DNA of 64,000 nt. Source: Octopus vulgaris (lineage: Eukaryota). Positions 12,503 through 23,500 of the stretch are shown piece by piece (position 1 is the first letter of the stretch; every line of letters begins with the position of its first letter). A program made the translations under genes and the position numbers. The stretch spans positions 140,554,001-140,618,000 of the forward strand of contig OX597816.1 of NCBI GenBank assembly GCA_951406725.2, given 5' to 3'. A model generated the notes under the pieces. The model was not told the origin of the DNA, did not search any database, and saw nothing but the letters and a program-made list of their open reading frames with translations.

Positions 12503-13174
12503 TATATATTCCTATACATATATATACATACACATAATTTGCATCTACCTGGTACTTTCAGTTGACCAATTTTGCCATATTTTTTTCTTGTCCTTGAAAA
12601 TTTCCATTTCATTTGGCATTTGTGTACAACACATGCACATTTCTTACTCATTCTCTTTCTCTCCTTGTTTTTGCATTGTTGTATATAACAATCATTGTTA
12701 GTTCTCAGCTACATAAATCTCATTCTGCTTCCATATTTATTTCTATGTTGTCTTGCATCTCCAGAAAAAAAAATATATGGCAAAATTGGCTTCTGACATA
12801 TTTCCGAACTGATTGAATCTGAATGAATCTAATTTGCCCAATTTTTATCAATACAATGCTTATTGATTTTGATATAATATTTTGTAAGTGAAAAATTTGG
12901 AATTTTTCTCCTGTTTAAACCATTTCATTCCTATTTTTGTTATAAAATTCAAACTATCTTTTTTAATGGCTTGTCTTATTTTTCACATATTTCTGCTTGC
13001 TTTTGACAATGAATTGCATTATATTTTACTTTCTTATTTCTAACTTTTCTCTCTCTTTTTGAGAGAAAAGGAAGAAGTTATGCCAGCATGGAAGGCAGAC
13101 ATTAAATGATAATGATGATATATATATATATTTATACACACACACACACACTTTATTTGTAAGTCTACAAGGGA

Positions 13175-13451
13175 ACCAATGGTTTCCATTTGGTTTGTTA
13201 GTTATGATTAGTCCATGTTATTCCAAAAGAGCCATAGGGCCTGTTTCCCAGTTTCTCTGGCATATGTATTCCTCCCTAGATGGAAAGCTGGTCCTTCATA
13301 AGATTACTCATTTTTACCAGCTGAGCAGACTGGAGCAATGTGAAATGACGTGCTTTGGTTCAGAATGCAAAGTATTGCCTGGTTCAAGAACTGAAACCAC
13401 AATCTTAAAATCATGAGTCCAATAACCTAACCATTAAGCCATGCACCTCCA
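13175..13451 (-). mobile_element. Decayed tRNA-derived SINE
   Basis: Minus strand head tggaggtgcatggcttaatggttagg; related fragment at about 15290-15445. Confidence 0.65.
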
Positions 13452-13459
13452 TATAGTAT

Positions 13460-14030
13460 ACTTGAACAATTGTGAAGATTTTCCTTACATGAAACTTTTG
13501 GTTGCCTTGTTAACCCACAATTAAAAAATATATATTGACCAATGCAGTATTGAGCACTCATTGTTCAAATTAGCATGTATATGTGTGTGTAAATGTTGAA
13601 CAATGAAAATGAATGCTCAACACCACATTAGTGGATAATATTTCTTTATTTGTGTATTAAGGCTACCATTGGTTTCATGTTAAAATATCTAAAAACATTT
13701 TTCAAGCCAAACACATGGAGGAATGGTATTTGTCTCCATTTTGGATTAAAACATGAAAAATCACAGGAATTCGCAATAAAGTCTCAAGAACTTTTGGCAA
13801 ACAGAACAAGAAATCAAGTGGGGTGACTCTTGGGTAACACCTATTGAATGATTCTCTCCCTTATATTTGATTTGTGGAAAAAAAATTTGTGTTGAATCAT
13901 AAGTTTGTTTAGATTATGTTACATCCTAGGTATGCAAGACTTTGTCATGAATTCCCATGAGTTTTAATCCAAAATAGAGATGAACATTGTTCCTCCATGT
14001 GATCGATTTGAAAAATTGTTAGGATATTAA
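13460..14030. repeat. Old compound inverted repeat (forward-reverse-forward arrangement)
   Basis: 13487-13567 pairs with 13596-13680; 13683-13785 pairs with 13937-14028. Confidence 0.65.
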
Positions 14031-17000
14031 GAGAAGTTAACATGCCATCAAGGAAAAGGATAGACTTATTGTTTGAAGATAAGAGGACATGTTTCTGCTT
14101 AAGTAGCTGTCATCAGCACAACAATTGTCCTACCCTATCTGCAGTAGCCAAGGAACATAGACATATACAAAAGGAGTAGAACACATTTATTGCCTGGATA
14201 ATTTGTGTAAATTAAACAAAGAGAAATAACTGACATTGGCCAGTGGCATGTCAAGAATTTATGTTGTATAGTATTTGATATACCTGTATTTGTTAGTGTT
14301 GTGTGTCTATGTTTGTGTTTACACTGATTTAAATAAGACCAGTGTTGTTTATGCTTTATGCTGAACTTAGTAACTTAACACATAAGAATGTATAAAAAAG
14401 TACCTGTCTAAAGTAAGTCCTGGAGTCAATATGGTTGATTGATTAAACCTTTGAAAGCAGTACCATGGATGGCTACAGTCTTGTGACCAAACCCAGTAAA
14501 AGAAGTTAAAGCTTGTCAGAATATGGAAGAAAAAAGTGTTGCCTTAGGAAGTTATAACTAGGATGCATTTGAAAGACATCTAGCCATATAAACTATGTCA
14601 AAGCCGACACTGGATCTTCATGTAGCCTTGCAGCACACCAGATCCTGTCAGCCATCCAGCCCATACCAGCATGGAAAGTAAACATTGAATTTTGATGATG
14701 ATGATTATGTAATATATATTTAAAATGTGATAAGAATGGAAAGTAATTCTCAACATTAAAAGATATAGTATGCAATTTTTCAATGACTAGGGTAACAAAA
14801 TGTTGCTGAACATTCTAGATAGGCATTTTTGAGTGTCTGTATGTGTGTATAAAGAAAGCGAGAGAAGGGTCCCAAAGTCCCTTTAGCATTAATATACACC
14901 AGCTAATAATTGAGATCAGTTGAGCTTTTTAATGTATGTTTTGTTTTCCCCTCCCTTTACTCTCTGGCTCTCCCTTGCTCTTCCCATCTCCTTGTTATAG
15001 CTTTCACTTATCTCTCTAATCTCAGGTTACACATTTCAGGCTAGCTGATCTACTATTCCCTGCTATTCATACTGTTTGTTGTTCAGAAACTCAGGACAGT
15101 TGAACTTGGCATACATGGACAACTGAACCAAATTGCCTTTTTGGGGACAATGGATATTCTCTTTCCTTGTGATAAGGACAATTTTCTTTAAAAAAACCAT
15201 ATCACTCTATCAGCCAGATTATTAGATGGTTGGTCACAATGCAAGGAAGCACATTATTATGCTTTTTGAATTATGCCACTCCAATGGGTATGCAGGCTGG
15301 CCAATATTTCCCCTGAACAAGAAGCCAGTTCATCACAAGGTTACTTATTTACAGCTGAGTGAACTAAATGTTTTGCTCAAGAACACAATGCATTGCCACT
15401 CTGGGAATTGAAACCATGATCTTGTGATTGTGAGTGCAACACTAACATAAAACAATATATTTGTGCATCATCACATAAAACAATATATTTATCAAAAGAT
15501 ATTCACAACAAAATAATAAATAAATAGTGTTTAAAATGTCTACAAACAAACAACTGTAACAAGATGAAAAATTATTAATTACATGTATCGTCTCAGTGCT
15601 AAAGGGGTTTTTCAATCACCTGTGTGTGTGTGTAAATAAATATAGATGTGTGTGTACTTATGTGGAGTGTATGTCTATAAAATTTCTGAATTTCTTTTCA
15701 AAACTACTTTAAATATAGAATTGGTGTATAAGAAAGTATAGTAAAATGCATCAAGAGATTTTGATTTGTTCTACTGCAAATGTTAATGTTTGAGACCACA
15801 ACAACATTGCAGAGGTCTGGTGCTGTGCTGAGTCCTAGGAAAACCTACTTGACTCTAGGAACACTAGCCCAATAAACTGTAAGCAGGTACCAAGGACTCA
15901 ATAAACTGTAAGCAGGTACCAAGGACTTATTGTAATTTACTAAGTAGAAAGTGCATTATAAAACTAATTAGTGTTTTGTTAACTTGCAGCATAGGCTAAA
16001 AATTTGTGTATTTAGCTTAATGAGGAATGTAAGCTTAATAAGCTGTCCAGTATGATATTGATACCTACTGCTTAGGTATCTTTATCAGTATTCAGACCAA
16101 ACTCTAGTTAAGTGGTTATAAGTAGAAAGAGTATTCAGCTGTAAAGCTCCAACAAAACAAAAATGATTTTCTGTATGTGATAAAAAAAAAAAGTACCCTA
16201 ATTTGTTTTCTTATGTATTAAATGTCCAAGTTGAGTTGTTGTTTGCTAGACTATTAACCGCCACTTCAGAATGTGTTTACAATGTGTATGTCTACAAAAT
16301 GTTTCGATTGGTTTGATCTCCAATTGTCATCGGGTGTCTTATTCTCAAATATACACAAGGTCCCAGACTGATTTAAACTTGGAAGCTTTATTTCTAAGCT
16401 AAGAGAAAGAAGGTATGTTCTCTTCTGCTAGGCCACTGAAGCATGTACTTCTTGTTTACTTGTAGTCCTCATTCTCCTGAAGGTGTGTATGTGTACATAC
16501 AGCACCGAACCAATTGTACAGCAGTCTTGGGACCAGCAGTGTCGTAGATTTCTGGATGTTTTTGGTTTTTGAGAGACAGTCTAAATATATACATAAAATA
16601 TTAAATATACTATGAAAAATAAAGAACTAAATTGTATTCCACAGATTCAAATCTAGATTTGAATTCTATGCTCTACACTTCCAAAGCATAGTCTGTTTGA
16701 TATTTTTTTTATTTGTATCAGAAAATTAAATGAAGGGAAGTAAAGAACATTATTTTAACAGATACAGGTATGAATTAATATACTTCTAATGCAGAGTATA
16801 TTTAATCTTTATTAATTCACTTAAAAAAGTGAAGAACAAAACTATTTTTAACACACTGTATGCAAATTAATCAATTTCTGAAAGTCTTTTTATTCAATAC
16901 AGAGTATAATATATGCATGATATTGCACAGTAGTCTCAGATTTCTGGAAATCAAATAAGAGCTCTAGTACAGTATATATGTATATATAAAACTTACTGTT

Positions 17001-18543
17001 AATAAAAGCTGGGGTGTGTTGCATTCCATTACTTAAATGAAGAAATGTATTGTAAATAAATAATGACTGAGTAAAAAATGTACATGTACTAAGTGTACAA
17101 CCAGACAAAAGACAGACACAGAAAGTCCCTAATTATCAACCAGATGGTATTACTCAGTTTTGCACCTTCAATGATAAGACAGAACTTCCCATGCTGGTGG
17201 TACCCGCGAAAGTTGCAGGCAATATATAGCCAAGAGCAAACAAAACAATACTGAGTGGACATACAAAAGTGAATAAATGTAATTTAAGACAATGGACAAA
17301 AATAAAACAGGACCAAAAAGACAAGAATGGTGATTAATGCTTAGAAGACATCCTAAAGGATTAGAAAACAACAAATAGCAAGACAGTGGGACACAGAGAA
17401 TTCAAGACTGGTCAACTATGCAACTGGTGTGAAAAAGAGAGAGAAAGAAGGGTTGGCTATGAGTCACATGTCAGCAGCAGACTAAGGAAAAAGAGGGAAA
17501 GATAAAGTGACAAAGAAAACAAGGGAAGGGATGAAGGGGAAAAAGGAGAAAGGCTAGAAATAGAAGTAAGAGGGTGAAAGAGAGAGAAAAGGAAAGACTA
17601 TACATAGAAGTATTCCAAGTTGGCTTGGGTTTGACAAGGGTCCAGTGAGTCGAGGACTGCATCATATTCTAGTGTCTGCTTTAGCATGGTTTCTGCAGGT
17701 GGATACCCTTCCTAATGCCAACTACTTTACAGTGATATATATATATATATGTATATATGCATATATATTTCTTTATTACCCACATGGGGCTAAACATAGA
17801 GGGGACAAACAAGGACAGACAAACGGATTAAGTCGATGACATTGACCTCAGTTTGTAACTGGTACTTAATTTATCGACCCCGAAAGGATGAAAGGCAAAG
17901 TCGACCTCAGTCATAGTGTAATGTTTTATATATATATATATAAAAAAAAAACATTCCAGTAAAATATTACAGATCTAAAAACAAGATAATATCATTTGAA
18001 ACTCAAGTATAAAAGAATTGCTGTGTTTACTCAGTCTTTCCAAGAAAGTCAGCAAAACAGTAATTGGTATAATGAAATCTAATAAAAGAGTATATTTCTT
18101 AAAGGAGATGTGATTATACGCTGAAACATTTCTTAGGTTACATAATTGAAGGTGGAAGGGAATATTGCTACAGTTAATAAAAAGTCTGAAGCAGTGTTAT
18201 TCTGTAGTTATTTGTTAAATGGAAGTTTTCATTATAGATGCTGTTTTGTGAAATCCTCTAGAGATCTTTTCTCTGTCCATTACACATCACTAGAATTCTA
18301 TTTTTGATACCTTTGCCTCATCTTTATTCTAGCATTAATAATAATTCTTTCTAATTTTGGCACAAGGCCAGCAATTTTAAGTGATGTAGAGATTAGTTGA
18401 TTATCAAACTCAAAGGAATGGAATACAAAGTCAATCTCAGTGATATTTAAACTAAGACTGCAAAGAGCCAGAAGAATGCTGCTCAGCATTTTGTCTGACT
18501 CTAATGATTCTGCCAGCTGACCAGGCAAAATGCTTAGTGGCAT

Positions 18544-18709
18544 AGGAGTGGTTGTGTGGTAAGTAGCTTGCTTACGAACTACATGGTTCCAGGTTCAGTC
18601 CCACTGCGTGGCACCCTGAGCAAGTGTCTTCTACTATAGCCTCGGGCCAACCAAAGCCTTGTGAGTGGATTTGGTAGACGGAAACTGAAAGAAGCCCATC
18701 GTATGTATG

Positions 18710-18740
<31 letters not shown>

Positions 18741-18936
18741 CTCTGTTTGGTCCCCCCCCCCAACATCGCTTGACAACCGATGCTAGTGTGTTTACGACCC
18801 CATAACTTAGCGGTTCGGCAAACCAGACCGATAGAATAAGTACTAGGCTTACAAAGAATAAGTCCTAAGGTCGATGCGCTCGACTAAAGGCGGTGCTCCA
18901 GCATGACCACAGTCAAGTGACTGAAACAAGTAAAAG
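18544..18936 (+). mobile_element. Full-length tRNA-derived SINE with internal TA/TG microsatellite, nested in another SINE
   Basis: Head aggagtggttgtgtggtaag...ggttcagtcccactg; tail gactgaaacaagtaaaag; 8-bp TSD AGTGGCAT at 18536-18543 and 18937-18944. Confidence 0.88.
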
Positions 18937-19469
18937 AGTGGCATTTCTTTCTCTTTACGTTCTAAATTCAAATTCCGCTTAAGATGACTTTGTCTTTCAT
19001 TCTTTTGAAGTTGGAAAATGAAATACCAGTTGAGCACAATTTCAAGCCTTGTGTCTATTCTAGAAAGAATGTTTTGGGTGGAATCGCAGAATCGTTCAAC
19101 GCCGTACAAGATGCCTTGAAGTATTTGTTCCAACTGAGGTGGATTTGTTTTACTATCCTTCCGGACAGTATTGGGGCTGATGTAATTGATCAACACCTCC
19201 CCTCCAAATTTCTACCTATGTAAGAAAATGTTGTTTTAGAAAGCGAGAGCGATATAACATCGGACTCAGTGCTTTAAGTTATTTAGTTTCTTCCCTGAGT
19301 TCAGATTCTATCACAAGGAAGGCTTTTGATTGTCTTGTCTCTATACAGATTAAATAAGTGACAATAATATAGTGGGGCGATAAAATAAATATAATGACTC
19401 AATTGACTGCGTCTCTTGTTAAAATTTAAGTCTTCCGTACAAACAACAGAAATGACTAATTACTTTTAT

Positions 19470-19616
19470 AAAACTGTCAGCTGACAGTTTTGAAATTGTG
19501 GTGCGCGTAATCCAAGAATAGCGGATTAGTAATATAGATTGTTCGGTTTAAAGAACTCGAATGCTGTATTGTTGATATTTTATTTTTTAACCTCCATCAC
19601 AGAAGATGTCATGTGG
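19470..19616 (+). promoter_or_regulatory. Putative PLEKHM1 promoter: 22-bp perfect palindrome with central E-box, plus M-box/CLEAR-like GTCATGTGG
   Basis: AAAACTGTCAGCTGACAGTTTT at 19470-19491; TCATGTG at 19609-19615; locally retained CpGs upstream of ATG 19690. Confidence 0.45.
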
Positions 19617-19689
19617 CGTTTGGTCTGTGTGATCAGTTCTTTGGGAAGAAAAGCGAAATATTAAGAACACAGCAACGCCACTTGTCAAC

Positions 19690-19708
19690 ATGAGTTTCTC
19701 TAACCATG
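19690..19708 (+). CDS. PLEKHM1: PLEKHM1-like coding exon 1 (MSFSNH)
   Basis: ATG in a CpG-retaining promoter-like region; strong donor G/gtaagt; phase 1 matches the next exon. Confidence 0.7.
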
Positions 19709-20527
19709 GTAAGTAGACTTCTTCTAAGGTATAAATATAAAAGAGAACATGTATTCACGTCGTGTGAAAGAAAGAAAGAAAACAAATGTATTGTAATACT
19801 ATTAAATAATTTCTTTATGTACAGTTGTCTGAACTGAAGCAACAATTTACAATTAGTTATACATTAATACTAACTCACACAGGCAGATAGATAGATAACA
19901 TACACGCACTCAGTTATTGTATATGTGCGGAATTAATATTTTTGACATTGGTGTCTGTGACGCATTATATAAATGGTAATAATTAGTTGTGCTAGTCACG
20001 AATCGCGACAAGTTACAAAATATTCAACCGACTTCACATCGCTGTCTCCTCCTAATGTTTATATAGAACACAACAATGCAGTACTGTTCTTATAAATGTT
20101 CTCTCCCTGCAGTTCTTCAGCCTTTGTATTGAGTTATATCTATTTGTATTTCTTACTGTTTGGATATTATCACATGTTTGAGAGATTCTTTATTACTTTT
20201 TTTCCGGTTTTATATACATATATTTTTAATGACAGATCAATCTTGTTTTCGGATTTTCGAACGTAGTTACCGTCAAATTTGTATTTAGAGTATTGTCATT
20301 TTGAAATTTGGTTGATTCCAATTGTCATAGACACTTCTGTGTTGTTTTGAGTTCCCTATTTTATCCGTTCGTCCATTTGTCGTTCTTTATATTTTATCTA
20401 TTCTTTTCTCTGTTCCTGACAACTCACAAATCGTTCATGGCAGCTTTTCATCACGAACAGAAGTTAACAGTAATATTTTAAACACTTCTTATGTTGTTTT
20501 AACTATACACACTGCTGATAATTTTAG

Positions 20528-20569
<42 letters not shown>

Positions 20570-23500
20570 TTACATAATCACGCACACACACACGAACACA
20601 CTCGTGTTTACGTTAGAGACTTACTTTTTACCAGTAATTAGTCCCTTCATATGACTGAGTATCGATACTTAGGCATATTAATAGATCCACTATTCTAGCC
20701 ACTGTATAGATCTTGAGACATTTATAGAGAATGTGGGTGCAAGAGCTGATGATGATAATTTTTATATAATAATTCCCTTTTAATTTCTACCCCTACCACA
20801 CTAAGTGATGCAATAAGTCAATGTATTTAGGCCTCAAATTCATCTTACAAACGTTTGTAATTACTTGTTTCGGTAGCACAGTCATTAAAACCGAGAAAAG
20901 TAATAATTTTCAATTATAACATAAACAAATTAAACAAAAGAGGTTTGAGTGAAGCATGTTACCGTATTATACAGTTGTTTTTACATTAAAGGTTTTGTGT
21001 TACATCTGTAGTGTGAAAAGAAAATATTGCTGAGGTGAAGATAAGTGAAATCAACATAGATGATGTTGTGGAAAGAGATGAGACAATTTAGTGTTTCATT
21101 TAACTAAAGTGTGTCTCATGATGAAAGTAGCTGATCAAGAAATGTAGAAAGATTTTTGTTCTATTTGAATTCTGTTTGAAGGAAGAGTAAGCTACCTTGA
21201 CTATGTTCTGTTAAGAAAAGAGCCTATATGTGGCTAAGAGATACTGTCTCTTATTAGCCCCATAAATTAGTGGAAAACAGCAAACAGCCAAAACTTTTCT
21301 TGATTGTATGAGAGTTGCTTCTCAATTACTGGGAAAACGATAATTGATAACAATCACAACAAAATAAAAAGGTAAAAAGACAATGTTATGCTAAATCAGC
21401 AAAAGGACCATCAGAAAATGTCCTGTATAAGTACATGATGGAATTGAAATTTACATGATGTGTTCATAAGTGATCTGCATAATGCATGCATGAGATCTGT
21501 ATGCCTTCATGCAAGTGTGTTGTAAAAAGTGAGTGAGTATGAATATTAGTGATTTTGTCTTGTCTATATACAAATGCGAGACTACATTCCCAGCTGGTAC
21601 ATGTTTTGTAATGAGCTGGTTAGTAAAGTGACACAGTTTAAGAGTTCTCTATTTTAAACTGCAGCTGCAGAAAGGGGTGACTCATTAATGGTGTTTAGCT
21701 TACTACTGTTGTCTTCTAGGGCTGATCTGGCTTACCTGGCAATTGCAGCTTCTCAGTTCGTACTTCATAGCTGGTGAGCACTTTCTGGTTGAAGCAAACC
21801 ATTAACAGAAACAAACAGTGTAACCACTGATATTATGTTGCATATTAGGCAAAATGGGATACCACATTTGGAAATCAGAGAATCAGATCATTGAACCAGT
21901 AAGTAGGCAGCTTTAACTTTATAGCTGATTGGCAATCAGCATAATTCGAATCATGACGATGAGCACAATGAGTTAGAACAAATTTTGAAGATTTCATAAC
22001 TATTATCAGAAAAATGATTGCTAGGGTTACCAGAAAATATAGATTTGAAAGTCAGTGATGATAAATTGTATGTAATAATTTTCCTTTATTTTCTACATAC
22101 CACAAGAAGTATAAACCTTTAACTAGTGCAATAAGTCAATATGTTTAAACATCACTTATTCACTTTGTAAATATAGATTTAAATTGCTTGATTTATCCTC
22201 ACAGAGAAGAAAACTAACAAATTTTAATTACAATATTAATAAAAAAAAGAAACAAGGTTTGAGTAAAACATGTTGTTGAGGTAACATTATACATATGTTT
22301 TTGTATTAAAGTTCTTTACTGTTATATGTGTAGTGTGGAAGAAAAATGTTACTGGGATAAAAATAAAATAAATCAATGCAGGTGAGCTGGTGGAAAGACT
22401 TATAAAAGTTTATTGTTTCATTTTGCTAAAAGGAATCCCATGTTGAGACACATTTTAAATAGACAAACAAGAATAGAAAGACTTTTCACTCTTTCAGAGT
22501 AAGCTGACAACTATTCAGGCTGCAGTCTGCCAAAGAAAGGTTTTGAGAGAGCTTTGAATTCCACATCAGCAAATGTCTGACTGAGGGTTACTACTGTCTA
22601 ATTGGTCCAAAAAAAAAAAAAATGAGGAAGAAGAAAAAACATTAGATTGCAAAATGTCAAAATTGCATCTGTTTGCATGAGGTTTGCTTCACATTATTTT
22701 TAAGGTGTCAGAAAGTAGCTAGGTATGCTGGCAAATAAATGTGACTTGATATATCAGATTTACACAATCTCAACCATCATGCCTAAGGACTCACATTAGG
22801 TTAAATTTAGTTTCTTTTAGCTTCACTTATTTCTTTTGACAAAGATTTGGACTTCAAATAATGGCAGTATTTGTAGTTCTCAACCACGTTTTTAGTTTTT
22901 AATCATATCAGTATAAGCTGAAAGAACAATGATGATATTAACGATGTCAGTGACACCTGTATTTTAGTGAGTTTACTTCATTCATCTCATTGTCCCTAGG
23001 AGCTGTCTTTGAGTCCAGTAACAAACCCCTTGCTTCTAAACTTTTGGGTAAGTCAAACTTATTTAGCCTTCTTCAAACTCATGGTGATTCATATCATCAC
23101 AAATTTCAAGGAATTTTTAGTCTGGTAGATGTTGTGACTTCATTTAATATTTATTATTTGTTTTAGCTAGATGCCTGGCTTCAGCCAGTTTAAATATTCA
23201 AGTCACTGATTAATTGAAGCTACTTTATTTGACTTAGCCACTACTAACTGTACAGTCAGCTAAACATAACATAGTATGAACAATAAACCATAGGATGTCT
23301 GAGCGTTAATTGAGCAATGTAAATATTTGTGGAGAGCTGATAATTGCTGAGCTCACTAAATAATTTTAATATTATTAGCATTTAAAGACACGAACTTAAC
23401 CTTTGTCACAATGAGATGTTAGACCTGCCAGAAATGGCAACCCAAATGTCTCTCATATTATACCCTAACATCTTAATAAATGAAGTATATATTGGACATT

